Below, one piece after another: positions 54,443-64,000 of a DNA stretch of 64,000 nucleotides. The notes below the pieces were generated by a model, which ran no database searches, was not told the DNA's origin, and saw only the letters and a program-made list of their open reading frames with translations. The first letter of the stretch is position 1; the number at the start of each line of letters is the position of its first letter. Made by a program: the position numbers and the translations under genes. The stretch covers positions 1 to 64,000 of the forward strand of contig JBGAON010000003.1 of NCBI GenBank assembly GCA_044221725.1, in the 5' to 3' direction. Source of the DNA: Elusimicrobiota bacterium. Its GTDB lineage: Bacteria > Elusimicrobiota > Elusimicrobia > F11.

Positions 54443-55127
54443 TGGCCCCGTTTGGTTGCAACGTTTTTAGCCGCGATGTTGCGAAAAACAGAATGCGTTC
54501 ACGCAAACTTTCGAGTGTTTGCGTGTAAGGATCAAGTTTGGAAATCGCCTTTGCGAGACTTTTCTCTCCCAGTTCGCTCTCCAACCATTTCGACAAATCG
54601 TTCGATTCTTTTCCAACGCGGAGGCGAGCCTGAAAGATGTGATGATAGAGCGATAGCGAGCCAATTTTTTTGATTCCCTCGATAAATTCGCTGAGTGTGC
54701 TGGCCTGATAGGACGTTGGAAGAACAAAACTCTGGGATTTCATCAAATGGAATTCGGCACCGTCCCACGCTTTGCTGGTCACCACGTTTTTGGAGAGATA
54801 GCGTTCGATCACCTCAACAATTTTGTCGGCCAATTCGCGGATGGTTGAGAAGCGAACCGTATCGATGGCCGCCAATTGTTCGCCCAATCGATGTTCTTGC
54901 AGCACATGCGAAACCCAGTACGCGAAATCATTCGGTGGTTCGGGCGAAAGGAATTGATGCTGCTTGAGAAAGTGGTGCGTGTGGTAATAGAAAACGGAGC
55001 CGGGAGCGGACTTTAAATGCGTCAGCAGTTCTGCGAGCGTGTGCGCTCGAAGCCCGGTTACTTCGACCAGGTCAAATTGCGTCACAAACCGAAATGGATG
55101 TTGCGCCCGAGTTTCCATTGCCAACAT
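54426..55127 (-). CDS. DUF5752-family protein (TreT-associated, OrfY-like)
   Basis: Duplicated units with SVFYYH/SLYHH, NDFAYW/NDLSKW and L...L..ID/DPY. Start at 55127 or 55118. Confidence 0.8.
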   Translation of the reverse strand: MLAMETRAQHPFRFVTQFDLVEVTGLRAHTLAELLTHLKSAPGSVFYYHTHHFLKQHQFLSPEPPNDFAYWVSHVLQEHRLGEQLAAIDTVRFSTIRELADKIVEVIERYLSKNVVTSKAWDGAEFHLMKSQSFVLPTSYQASTLSEFIEGIKKIGSLSLYHHIFQARLRVGKESNDLSKWLESELGEKSLAKAISKLDPYTQTLESLRERILFFATSRLKTLQPNGAIGAAH

Positions 55128-55138
55128 AGCCACCACCC

Positions 55139-55163
55139 ATACGGTGGCCGGCACGGAAAGTTC
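55139..55163 (-). promoter_or_regulatory. ECF-type stress promoter GAACTT-N14-CGTAT (DUF5752-treT)
   Basis: Recurring motif. Confidence 0.75.
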
Positions 55164-55172
55164 TGAGAATCC

Positions 55173-55197
55173 GAACCTATCCCAAGAAATTCCGTAT
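55173..55197 (+). promoter_or_regulatory. ECF-type stress promoter GAACCT-N14-CGTAT (glgX)
   Basis: Recurring motif. Confidence 0.7.
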
Positions 55198-55225
55198 TCA
55201 GGAGTGCCTGACAAAGGAGGCGCTC

Positions 55226-57448
55226 GTGCAACTGAAACCAGGAATGCCTTACCCTCTTGGTGCTGTTTGGAACGGGTTGGGGGTCAATTTCGCGCTTTAT
55301 TCCGAACACGCGGAAAAAATTGAGCTTTGTCTTTTCGATTCGCCCGACGCGACCAAAGAATCCAAACGCATCGAATTGCGAGAAAAAACCGACATGGTCT
55401 GGCATGGATTTCTGACGGATCTTCTGCCAGGCCAGCTTTATGGATACCGCATTTATGGACCGTACGATCCAAACGCGGGGCACCGCTTTAATCCAAACAA
55501 AGTTTTGTTGGATCCGTACGCGCGTGCGATCGGCCGTCCGGCCCAGCTCGTGAACGAATCGTTTGGATACGAAATTGGTCACGGAGATCTTGACTTATCG
55601 TTCGACAAACGTGACAACGCGGCGACCGCGCCGCTGGGTGTTGTCGTCGACACCGCGTTCACCTGGGGAAACGATGCGCCGCCGCACACGCCTTGGCACA
55701 AAACCGTAATTTACGAGACGCACGTGAAAGGCATGACCAAGCTTCATCCGCTTGTGCCCGAAAAATTGCGCGGCACCTACGCCGGTCTGTGCACCGATGC
55801 GGTGTTGTCCCATCTGAAATCGTTGGGCATTACGGCCATTGAACTTTTGCCCGTGCATTATCACGTTCCCGATAAATCGCTGCTGGACAAAGGGCTGTCC
55901 AATTATTGGGGTTACAATTCAATAGGCTTTTTTGCGCCGGATGTCCGGTTCGGTGCCGACAAGCGTGCCGATGAGTCGGTTCGCGAATTTAAAAGAATGG
56001 TCGCCACGTTTCACGCGGCCGGCATCGAAGTGATTCTTGATGTGGTTTACAACCACACGGCCGAAGGAAATCAAATGGGTCCCACGTTGTCGTTGCGCGG
56101 CATCGACAACGCTTCCTACTACCGGCTTTCACCGCAAGATGCACGGTATTACATGGACTTTACCGGCTGCGGCAACACGCTAAACATGGACAACCCGCGC
56201 GTTCTTCAACTGATCATGGACAGTTTGCGTTATTGGGTGCTTGATATGCACGTGGATGGTTTTCGGTTCGACTTGGCGAGCACACTCGCGCGCGAGCTGC
56301 ACGACGTGAACAAGCTCGGCGCCTTTTTCGACATCATTCACCAAGATCCGGTGCTCTCGCGTGTGAAATTAATTGCCGAGCCGTGGGATCTGGGCGAAGG
56401 TGGGTATCAGGTGGGGAATTTTCCAATCGGTTGGACCGAGTGGAACGGCAAATACCGCGACACGGTTCGCAGCTTCGTGAAGGGCGACGGTGGCGTCGTC
56501 TCGGAGTCGGCGACGCGGTTGTCGGGAAGCAGCGATTTGTACGAGACAAGTGGTCGGCGGCCGTACGCCAGCATCAATTTTGTGACGTGCCACGACGGCT
56601 TCACATTAAACGATGTGGTCAGCTACAACGAAAAACACAACGAAGCGAACGGCGAAAACAATCAAGACGGTGAAAACAACAACCGAAGTTGGAACTGCGG
56701 CGCCGAAGGACCCACGGACAACGCGGAAATTATCGCACTGCGCGAACGGCAGAAACGAAATTTCTTAGCGATCCTCATGTTTTCGCAGGGAGTTCCAATG
56801 TTGTGCGGCGGCGACGAGATTGGTCGCACGCAGAAAGGAAACAACAACGCGTATTGTCAAGACAACGAAATAAACTGGTTTGACTGGAATCTCACGCCCG
56901 ACAAGCAAGCGCTGCTCGAATGGACGCAGCGCGTGATCCGCATCCGGCTCAACCAGCCGGTGTTTCAGCGCCGCAAATTTTTTCAAGGTCGATCGATTCG
57001 CGGCAGCGGTATCAAAGACATTTCGTTTTTTGAGCCATCGGGCCAGGAAATGACCGATGAAGCATGGGCCACCGATTTCGTTCGTTGCTTGGGCGTGCGA
57101 TTGGCCGGAGACAACATTGATGAAGTCGACGCGAACGGACAGAAGATTTTTGGTGACACGCTTTTGTTTCTTGCGAACGCGCACCACGACGCGATTCCTT
57201 TTACTTTGCCGGTGACCGCTGGGCAAAAAACGTGGGAGTGTGTGTTGGATTCGTCGGAACCCGAAATCACGTCCCGTATGTGCAAATCGGAAGTGCCTTA
57301 CGAATTGAAAGGAAGATCGGTCGCGCTCTTAAAAGTTGCGATGCCCGCCAAGAGAGTTCAGGACGTTACTTCCAAAAAAGATATCGGCAGCGGATTGAAC
57401 AATTCGGAAACCCGAAGCACCCACTCGTTGTCGACCAGCGTCGCCTGA
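55226..57448 (+). CDS. glgX: Glycogen debranching enzyme GlgX/TreX (GH13)
   Basis: [37 protein letters not shown] and NNAYCQDN. Confidence 0.95.
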   Translation: MQLKPGMPYPLGAVWNGLGVNFALYSEHAEKIELCLFDSPDATKESKRIELREKTDMVWHGFLTDLLPGQLYGYRIYGPYDPNAGHRFNPNKVLLDPYARAIGRPAQLVNESFGYEIGHGDLDLSFDKRDNAATAPLGVVVDTAFTWGNDAPPHTPWHKTVIYETHVKGMTKLHPLVPEKLRGTYAGLCTDAVLSHLKSLGITAIELLPVHYHVPDKSLLDKGLSNYWGYNSIGFFAPDVRFGADKRADESVREFKRMVATFHAAGIEVILDVVYNHTAEGNQMGPTLSLRGIDNASYYRLSPQDARYYMDFTGCGNTLNMDNPRVLQLIMDSLRYWVLDMHVDGFRFDLASTLARELHDVNKLGAFFDIIHQDPVLSRVKLIAEPWDLGEGGYQVGNFPIGWTEWNGKYRDTVRSFVKGDGGVVSESATRLSGSSDLYETSGRRPYASINFVTCHDGFTLNDVVSYNEKHNEANGENNQDGENNNRSWNCGAEGPTDNAEIIALRERQKRNFLAILMFSQGVPMLCGGDEIGRTQKGNNNAYCQDNEINWFDWNLTPDKQALLEWTQRVIRIRLNQPVFQRRKFFQGRSIRGSGIKDISFFEPSGQEMTDEAWATDFVRCLGVRLAGDNIDEVDANGQKIFGDTLLFLANAHHDAIPFTLPVTAGQKTWECVLDSSEPEITSRMCKSEVPYELKGRSVALLKVAMPAKRVQDVTSKKDIGSGLNNSETRSTHSLSTSVA

Positions 57449-60246
57449 ACGACACGGCCCGTGAACACGTCTCGGAACAGGCCGAGCGGTGAAAATGTTT
57501 TATTGACGAAAATGTTTGTCGTTTGCCAGGTGTCGGGAAAACGCGGAGGCGCATTTTCTTCGCGAAGTGTTTGAAAGAATCGGCCCGTCGCCGTGATTGT
57601 GCGCTTGTTATCGAGATCGCGAGCAAACGCGCACACGTGCTTTTCACGGTCCCCTCGCACCTTGAGCGCGTAATACGCACCGTCGCGCATGAGCTGTTCC
57701 TCTCGTCGACGAAAGTTCAATAGCCGGTTCGTCACGTAAAGCTTTATTAATCCGTCCTTCAACGATGCGGCGAGCTCGTGCATCGTGCCCAAGGGATTGG
57801 TTTCGATTTTCTTCCGGTTGTCGGAAAGCCACTTGCGTGGCGTTTTGTAGTCAACGGCCGCGCGATTGTCGGGGTCGACCAGCGTGAAATTCCACATTTC
57901 GGATCCTTGATACAAGTCGGGAATTCCCGGTGACGTGAGTTTTAGCACCTGTTGCGATAATGAGTTTAGTAACCCCGATTCAATAATGGATTCGTGGAAC
58001 TCGCCGAATTCTTTTGGAAATCGATTGTCGTGTGTAGGCGACAGCGCCGCGCGCACGAAATGCGATAGGGCTTTTTCGTAATCCGCGTGCGGGTTGACCC
58101 AGCTTGAATGAACCTTCGCTTCCTTAAGCGCTTTCTGCATATAGTTCTCAATGCGGCTACAATATTTCTCCCACTCTTTTTCGTTCAGGTACGTCATGGG
58201 CCAGGTTCCAACGAGTGTTTGATAGAACAAATATTCCTCGTTCGCGTCGGGTGCAAAGCCATGGTTCAGTGCCATCTTGTGCACTTTGTTCGTCGTTTGC
58301 CATTGAAGAATGGCGCGGTACCATTTAATCGGAATTTCGGACAGCACATTGATGCGGGCGCGTACGTCTTCGCTGCGCTTCGTATCGTGCGTGGTGGTTG
58401 CCAGCATGGTGTGCGGCCACGTTTTTGCGCGCTCTTCGTTTTTCCGGTGGAAATCATCAAGCGATGTGCCAAATAAATCCGGTCGCCCGCCCACTTCATT
58501 TAGTGAGGCCAGCGGGAAATAACGGTAAAAAGCCGTGTCTTCGACGCCTTTCGCGGTCACCGGGCTCGTGAGCTGTTGAAATTTAATGATGAAATTTTGG
58601 CGCTCGGAAATTTGCGATGCGCTCAGGCCTTGCGGGTCGTTTCGCAGCAGCACACTTTCGATGAAATCGAAAATCGATTCGCTCATTGACGGATTTCTTT
58701 CTTTGGCTTCGCGCACCGCCGTTTGTATGGAGCGCCGATCTTCGTCGTCAATCGTGTCATCGGCTTTGCGGTAATAGCTGCGGTAGGTGGGGAAGCACGC
58801 GATCACTTCGCGCAGCGCGAAACGCAAACTGTCGAAAGTGAAGTCGCGCGACCAGCGGTGATGTTCCGAAATTCGGTCGAGATGCGAGGCCAATACGTTC
58901 AACTCGCTCGCCAAAGACACATGCATGACGACCCGCTTGCAGGCGAACGCGACATCTTTGAACGATCGCGAATGGCCCGTGAAACGACGATAGAGGTCGA
59001 AAAATTTTTCGATGTATCTCCTATCGACAAACAAACCGTTCAACTGGTTCATGAAGTCGTAACCGGTGGTGCCCTGAATTTTCCACTGTTCGCGAAGCTT
59101 CTCGTTCGGCATAAGAATTTTTTCAACGACAATATAAGGCGTGGATGCACCGCCGTTTTCAACGGGAATCATGCTTTTTTGCGCGAGCTCTTCGAGGTAG
59201 CCGGTGGGATCGGCAAGGCCATCGACGTGGTCGATTCGCAACCCGTTCACGTGTCCGTCGGCAATAAGCCGGAGCGTAAGGTTGTGCACGGCGTCGAACA
59301 CGTCCGCCTCTTCGACACGGACGGCGGCCAAAAAGTTGATGTCGAAAAACCGACGGTAATTTATTTCGTCGGCGGCAACGCGCCAATAACACAAGCGGTA
59401 AACCTGATCGTTCAACAGATTTTCCAATCCGTCGAAGCTGTGCGGATCGCCGGGGCTTCCGTTCAGTTTTTCGAGCGCGGAGTCGAGCGCTTTGCGAAAC
59501 CGTACGTTTGTTTTGAGCAAGGCCGCGAAACGTCGCCGGATCACTTCCTTCTCGCGGTAGCGTTCCCGTACTTTTTCTGGACGCGTGTCCGTTCGAAGCG
59601 GCAGGTAATCGACAGCGGTGCGCACGCTTTCGAATTCCAGCATATCCGGTTCGTTTGCGTTTTCACTGTTCAGCTCACTCGCCATAAGCCCGAGAATCAG
59701 AGACCACGAGCGGGGGGCAATCGGATAACGAGACGTTTCGTAGCGAGCGACAAACAAACCGTTTTCAAAAGCGAGAGCTATTTTTTGATCTTCGAGCGCC
59801 TTTCCGTATTGATCGCCGAGTTCGGGCAACAGGATCTTGTTCGCAAGGTCCACCTTGGGAGGATGCCAGTCAATGTCAAAATAACCGGCGTACGGTGAAC
59901 TCGGGCCGTTTTCGAGAACATCGTTCCACCATGGATTTACGGATTCGGTAATGCACATGTGGTTCGGAACCACATCAAGGATGAGGCCAATATTGTTTTT
60001 CTTGAGACTTTCAGCGAGCCGAGCGAAGCTGGTGTCCGACCCGATTTCTGGGTTTAGCTGCCGATGATCAACGACGTCATAGCCGTGCTCGCTCCCAGGC
60101 CGCGCTTTGAAGATCGGCGACGCGTAACAAGCGCCAATACCAAGATCATCAAAGTAATCGACCAAAGAGCGGGCATCATCGAAAGTGAAGTTCCGATTGA
60201 ATTGGAGGCGATAAGTGGAAGTGGGGACGAAAACATGGCTCGCCAT
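57358..60246 (-). CDS. treY: Malto-oligosyltrehalose synthase (GH13)
   Basis: [52 protein letters not shown] and THDTKRSED. Confidence 0.95.
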   Translation of the reverse strand: MASHVFVPTSTYRLQFNRNFTFDDARSLVDYFDDLGIGACYASPIFKARPGSEHGYDVVDHRQLNPEIGSDTSFARLAESLKKNNIGLILDVVPNHMCITESVNPWWNDVLENGPSSPYAGYFDIDWHPPKVDLANKILLPELGDQYGKALEDQKIALAFENGLFVARYETSRYPIAPRSWSLILGLMASELNSENANEPDMLEFESVRTAVDYLPLRTDTRPEKVRERYREKEVIRRRFAALLKTNVRFRKALDSALEKLNGSPGDPHSFDGLENLLNDQVYRLCYWRVAADEINYRRFFDINFLAAVRVEEADVFDAVHNLTLRLIADGHVNGLRIDHVDGLADPTGYLEELAQKSMIPVENGGASTPYIVVEKILMPNEKLREQWKIQGTTGYDFMNQLNGLFVDRRYIEKFFDLYRRFTGHSRSFKDVAFACKRVVMHVSLASELNVLASHLDRISEHHRWSRDFTFDSLRFALREVIACFPTYRSYYRKADDTIDDEDRRSIQTAVREAKERNPSMSESIFDFIESVLLRNDPQGLSASQISERQNFIIKFQQLTSPVTAKGVEDTAFYRYFPLASLNEVGGRPDLFGTSLDDFHRKNEERAKTWPHTMLATTTHDTKRSEDVRARINVLSEIPIKWYRAILQWQTTNKVHKMALNHGFAPDANEEYLFYQTLVGTWPMTYLNEKEWEKYCSRIENYMQKALKEAKVHSSWVNPHADYEKALSHFVRAALSPTHDNRFPKEFGEFHESIIESGLLNSLSQQVLKLTSPGIPDLYQGSEMWNFTLVDPDNRAAVDYKTPRKWLSDNRKKIETNPLGTMHELAASLKDGLIKLYVTNRLLNFRRREEQLMRDGAYYALKVRGDREKHVCAFARDLDNKRTITATGRFFQTLREENAPPRFPDTWQTTNIFVNKTFSPLGLFRDVFTGRVVQATLVDNEWVLRVSELFNPLPISFLEVTS

Positions 60247-60395
60247 CAGACCACGTTACGTCCTTGAATAAGCCGGACGAGAATCGCAATGATGGCCAGC
60301 ACAAGTAACACATGAATAAAACCACCCATCGTGTACGAGGACACCAGTCCCAACAGCCACAGTATTACGAGGACAACCGCAATTGTGTAAAGCAT
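60246..60395 (-). CDS. lmo0937-family small membrane protein (49 aa, below the track cutoff)
   Basis: [62 protein letters not shown] coupling to treY. Confidence 0.9.
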   Translation of the reverse strand: MLYTIAVVLVILWLLGLVSSYTMGGFIHVLLVLAIIAILVRLIQGRNVV

Positions 60396-60434
60396 ATAGA
60401 GCTCCTTTTGCCCCGATATTTTACGTCCCCCTCT

Positions 60435-60459
60435 TTACGCTTAATGAGTGGGAAAGTTC
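60435..60459 (-). promoter_or_regulatory. ECF-type stress promoter GAACTT-N14-CGTAA (lmo0937-treY), overlapping the treZ stop
   Basis: Recurring motif. Confidence 0.72.
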
Positions 60460-62312
60460 ATGGCAGTGAACAGAAATGATGAAGTGGACGGAAGATGCCA
60501 CTGGGTTTTGAACTGCGGTTTCTTGTCGGTGCCGCCGTAACGTCGATCTTCGCTCGACCAGGTTAAATGCCACGATTGGTTTTCCGGTGCGGCGATCAGC
60601 GGTTCGGAGCACGGGTCGAATATGAAGTCGGGCCCGAGATTCGTAACGAGCAATCGATCGCCGTGCTCGGAATCAAAAAATCGAATGAGAAACGCATGGG
60701 ATCCCAATACGGCTGTGTCCAATTGAAACCGGTCTTGGCGCTCGATCGCAGGGTCCGCTTTGCGCAGCGCGATCAGATCTTTGTGAAGCAGGTAAATATC
60801 TTTGTGGTCGTTCCGCTCGTTTAAGTTTAATTTTGCGGACCGGAACGTGCGTTCGTCGGTAGGTTTTGGGAACGCCCTCAATCGTTCGGGCGCCGCGTCG
60901 TCGATAAATTGCGTAACGAATTTTCGGCGTCCTTCGTTCACGGAATTCGCAAGGTCTCCCTGGTGATCGCAAAAAAACGGGAATGGGCTTGTGGCTCCAA
61001 ATTCTTGTCCCATAAAGATCAGTGGGGTCGTTGGTCCAAGAAAGAGCACCGCGGCCATCGCGCGGTAGGTTGCCGAACTTGTGAGCGCATGGATGCGATG
61101 GCCGCCCACGTCGATGGAAATCTGATCGTGGTTCTGCAGGTACGTGACGAAGGCCTCCGCCGGTTGGAACGTCACTGGTTTCCCGCGCGGTCCGTTCAAA
61201 AAGACCGAATGCTGCCCTTGGTACAAAAACATGTCTTTTGTTAACGAAGCGAATTCTTGTGGGGGGCCGGCAAAGTCCGAAAAATAGTTCTTGCGATTGC
61301 CCGTGAGCGCGACGCGCGCCGCGTGGTGAAAATCATCGTTCCAGACGCCATCCAACCCATACCCGCCTTCCTTGATGGAAGTAATGAGCCGAACGTCTTG
61401 CGTGTCGTTTTCGGCGATAAGAATCAGCGATTTCTCTGGCGCGACGGATCGCACGGCCTTCGAGATGTCGGCGAGAATATGAACCGGACTTTTGTCGTAA
61501 ATGTTCTGCGTAGCGTCGAGGCGAAGTCCGTCGAAATGGAATTCTCGGATCCAGTAGCACGCGTTCTGGATAAAAAAATTTCGAACGTGCTCGGAATTGG
61601 GGCCATCAAAATTGATCGAGTCTCCCCAATCGGTTGCTTTGTGTTTGACCATGTAGTCGTCGCTAAAGGAACCGAGGTAATTCCCGTCGGGGCCCAAGTG
61701 ATTGTAAACCACGTCCAAAATCACGCCCATCCCCAGACCGTGCGCCGCATCCACAAATTGCTTCACCGCATTCGGGTCGCCGTAGACGTGATAAGGCGCA
61801 AACATCCCAACGTTGTCGTAACCCCAGTTCCATCGCCCGGCGTTTTCATGCAACGGCATTATTTCGATTGTCGTGATCCCGAGTGTCTTTAATTCCTTTA
61901 GTTCTCTTTGTGCCGCCGCGAACGTGCCTTCCTGCGTGAAGGTGCCGATGTGCAGTTCGTAAATGATTTGGCCGTGCATGGACACACCGGACCATTGGTT
62001 GTCGCGCCATTGGTAGAAGGCCGGATCAATGACAACCGAGTCGCCATGGGGGCCCTCGGGCTGAAATCGCGAACACGGATCGGGTGTTTCTCCGTCACCG
62101 TTCAGTCTGTACCTGTAGCGCGTGCCCGCGCGGAGGTTTGTTACCACCGTTTGGAAATAACCATCGGATGACGGCGATAGCGGAACGATGGAGGAGGGCG
62201 GGTCCTTTAATACGAGGTCAACCGAGCGACATTTGGGGGCCCACACAAGAAATTGTGTGCCCTCGCGTTTGAAATTCGCACCGAGCCACAACTCTTGCTC
62301 CAATAATTTCAT
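60441..62312 (-). CDS. treZ: Malto-oligosyltrehalose trehalohydrolase (GH13)
   Basis: PDPCSRFQPEGPHG, YELHIGTFT, NWGYD, DVVYNHLGP, DGLRLDAT, WNDDFHH and QNHDQ. Confidence 0.93.
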   Translation of the reverse strand: MKLLEQELWLGANFKREGTQFLVWAPKCRSVDLVLKDPPSSIVPLSPSSDGYFQTVVTNLRAGTRYRYRLNGDGETPDPCSRFQPEGPHGDSVVIDPAFYQWRDNQWSGVSMHGQIIYELHIGTFTQEGTFAAAQRELKELKTLGITTIEIMPLHENAGRWNWGYDNVGMFAPYHVYGDPNAVKQFVDAAHGLGMGVILDVVYNHLGPDGNYLGSFSDDYMVKHKATDWGDSINFDGPNSEHVRNFFIQNACYWIREFHFDGLRLDATQNIYDKSPVHILADISKAVRSVAPEKSLILIAENDTQDVRLITSIKEGGYGLDGVWNDDFHHAARVALTGNRKNYFSDFAGPPQEFASLTKDMFLYQGQHSVFLNGPRGKPVTFQPAEAFVTYLQNHDQISIDVGGHRIHALTSSATYRAMAAVLFLGPTTPLIFMGQEFGATSPFPFFCDHQGDLANSVNEGRRKFVTQFIDDAAPERLRAFPKPTDERTFRSAKLNLNERNDHKDIYLLHKDLIALRKADPAIERQDRFQLDTAVLGSHAFLIRFFDSEHGDRLLVTNLGPDFIFDPCSEPLIAAPENQSWHLTWSSEDRRYGGTDKKPQFKTQWHLPSTSSFLFTAMNFPTH

Positions 62313-62319
62313 ACCCCCT

Positions 62320-62344
62320 ATACGGTTCAAAGTGATTCAAGTTC
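62320..62344 (-). promoter_or_regulatory. ECF-type stress promoter GAACTT-N14-CGTAT (treZ)
   Basis: Recurring motif; ATG is 7 nt downstream. Confidence 0.75.
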
Positions 62345-62353
62345 AAGTCCAAT

Positions 62354-62379
62354 GAACTTTTCAGACGGAGGGTTCGTAA
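62354..62379 (+). promoter_or_regulatory. ECF-type stress promoter GAACTT-N15-CGTAA (OMP-DGC operon)
   Basis: Recurring motif. Confidence 0.65.
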
Positions 62380-62416
62380 GCAAGGTGTCAGACAAAAGTT
62401 TACTGAGGAGGAGCTC

Positions 62417-62992
62417 ATGAGCAGATCTCGGCAATTGTTGGGTTTGTTGGCTCTCGCACTGTTAGCGACCTGCCCGTCGCTTTCTCGAGCCGATGATGCA
62501 GATGGCAACTGGAGTGCTGTTTCTTTCGGTCCGCGCGCCACGTATTTCAAACCGAAAGATGGTGACGGCGTATGGAGTGGAGGGGCGCAATTAAGAATTC
62601 GTCCGTGGAGATTTCTGGGATTTGAAGGGTCCGTTGACTACCGCCGCGAAAAGTTTGAATCGACGCGCGTTGATGTGTACCCGGTCCAGGCCTCTGTTCT
62701 GGCCTACATCCTTCCAATGCGGTCGGTGGATATATTTCTTTTGGGCGGTGGAGGATGGTATTACACGCATGTCGATCGTCCGTCTCCCGCGGATGACGAA
62801 ACGAAACATCGGTTTGGTGCGCACGCCGGCGCCGGGGTCGACATCTATTTGTCCCGCGCGTGGTCCATCGATGGAACGTACCGATATATTTGGCTCGAGA
62901 AATTTAATTCAACCGACGACAGCAATCTTCTCGACAAAGAACTGGACGACAGAGGCAGTCAAGTCACAATCGGGTTAAATTATCACTTCTAA
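62417..62992 (+). CDS. Small outer-membrane beta-barrel (OmpA/OmpW-like)
   Basis: Signal peptide, amphipathic strands and C-terminal GLNYHF; RBS GAGGAGGAG. Confidence 0.85.
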   Translation: MSRSRQLLGLLALALLATCPSLSRADDADGNWSAVSFGPRATYFKPKDGDGVWSGGAQLRIRPWRFLGFEGSVDYRREKFESTRVDVYPVQASVLAYILPMRSVDIFLLGGGGWYYTHVDRPSPADDETKHRFGAHAGAGVDIYLSRAWSIDGTYRYIWLEKFNSTDDSNLLDKELDDRGSQVTIGLNYHF

Positions 62993-62995
62993 ATA

Positions 62996-64000
62996 ATGGA
63001 ACAGTTACTCCATCAACTGGCACCCGGAAAGTCCAAAACTCTCCGGGTGCTTTTGATTGAAGACGATTTGGAAGATGCCGAATACGTTTTTCTAACGCTC
63101 TCTCCACACGACACCTTCGACATCAAGGTGTCGCACGCACAATCGCTCGAGGAAGCGCAAAAACTCATGTCGCCCGCCATCGACATCATTTTGTTGGATC
63201 TCTCGCTGCCGGGCAGTCGTGGGATCGAAACCTTTGAAAAGGTGAGCGAGTTTTCCGATAAAACGCCGATTCTCGTGATCACGGGTTTGAACGACGAACA
63301 AACGGCGAGTGAAACGCTGCGGCGCGGCGCGCAGGACTTTATCGTGAAAGGCCAGTTCAACCGCAATTCTCTTTTAAAAGCGATTCGTTTTGCGATTGAA
63401 CGAAACAAGTTGCGGATCGATCTCACGAATCTCACGCAAAAATTGAATACCGCGAATCAGCAGTTGGATCGGCTCGCCCACAACGATCATTTGACCGGGC
63501 TGTTGAACCGGCGTGGCCTCGAACAGGCGTTGTCGCGCGAAATTGCCTGGTCTCAGAGAAACGGTGGCAGTGTGATGGTGCTGCTCATCGATCTCGATGA
63601 CTTTAAACGGATTAACGATACGCTGGGCCACGCGGCCGGCGACAACGTTCTCAAAGAAATCGCACGGCGGATGCAAGGGCCGTTACGCATCACGGATTTT
63701 TCGGCGCGCATCGGCGGTGACGAGTTTCTTATTTTGTTGCCGGATACCGAGCCGGCCGAAGGTGTTCGGATCGCGGAGAAAGTTCGAAAAGCCATCTGCG
63801 ACGAGTTGTTCGTGGTCGGATCGACACGCCTGACGGTGACCGTCAGCGTTGGCGCAATACCAATTCCGGAGGGGACCACCTCCATTGACGATCTGCTGAT
63901 TGAAACGCACCACGCGCTTTATCAAAGCAAGCGCAGTGGCAAAAATAAGGTTAGTTTTGGCGGTGACGTCGCGCCGTTGAACGGTTCCGCGCCGGGGCCG
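62996..64000 (+). CDS. Response-regulator diguanylate cyclase (REC-GGDEF), truncated by the window end
   Basis: Manual translation: VLLIEDD...LLDLSLP...GAQDFIVK, then DHLTGLLNRR, DLDDFKRINDTLGH..GD, RITD I-site and RIGGDEF. No stop before 64000. Confidence 0.92.
   Translation, partial: MEQLLHQLAPGKSKTLRVLLIEDDLEDAEYVFLTLSPHDTFDIKVSHAQSLEEAQKLMSPAIDIILLDLSLPGSRGIETFEKVSEFSDKTPILVITGLNDEQTASETLRRGAQDFIVKGQFNRNSLLKAIRFAIERNKLRIDLTNLTQKLNTANQQLDRLAHNDHLTGLLNRRGLEQALSREIAWSQRNGGSVMVLLIDLDDFKRINDTLGHAAGDNVLKEIARRMQGPLRITDFSARIGGDEFLILLPDTEPAEGVRIAEKVRKAICDELFVVGSTRLTVTVSVGAIPIPEGTTSIDDLLIETHHALYQSKRSGKNKVSFGGDVAPLNGSAPGP

Noticed and set aside
58723..59898. 391-aa plus-strand ORF
   Set aside because: Antisense shadow of treY.

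Overview
Chromosomal DNA from a diderm bacterium. A PorV-like barrel next to a cargo ending in a '...GKVAVIK' Ig-like tail suggests an Elusimicrobiota-like lineage, but that is inference only. There are four zones. (1) 1-9.65 kb is an accessory hotspot: an IS3 left end, a nuclease-like orphan, ORF6N, an alkyl sulfatase module flanked by 21-bp direct repeats, a decayed YhcG, a Pif1-helicase-WYL fusion and a toxin/HTH pair. It is punctuated by three copies of a gene tail reading C/S-P-W-D-A-I-T/S-M-V, like the end of a 4Fe-4S ferredoxin, each preceded by 12-bp TGTATGG-type motifs. This looks like a tandem array of small integrase-less elements inserted into a protein-coding att site. (2) 9.7-16.6 kb holds a possible RSPP arrest-peptide ORF and two GT-C/TPR paralogues around a membrane spermidine-synthase-like protein. 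(3) 16.7-27 kb is a nitrite/NO cluster: an unknown TIM-barrel-like Cys-rich protein, Rrf2, three hemerythrins, a ThiO-like oxidase, Crp/Fnr, NnrS, NirK, a cupredoxin-like protein and an AlgE-like porin, with no NO reductase. (4) 29-64 kb is a general-stress/desiccation island (Ku, LigD, TreT, GlgX/TreX, TreY, TreZ, BON, OmpA, YhfW and others). Fifteen of its transcription units carry the same ECF-type promoter, (G)AACyw-N14/15-CGTAn, often back-to-back and often apparently leaderless. A separate ECF/ZAS module with TolC-MacAB uses a different motif. No rRNA, tRNA or CRISPR array was seen. All family calls come from motif recognition, not database searches.
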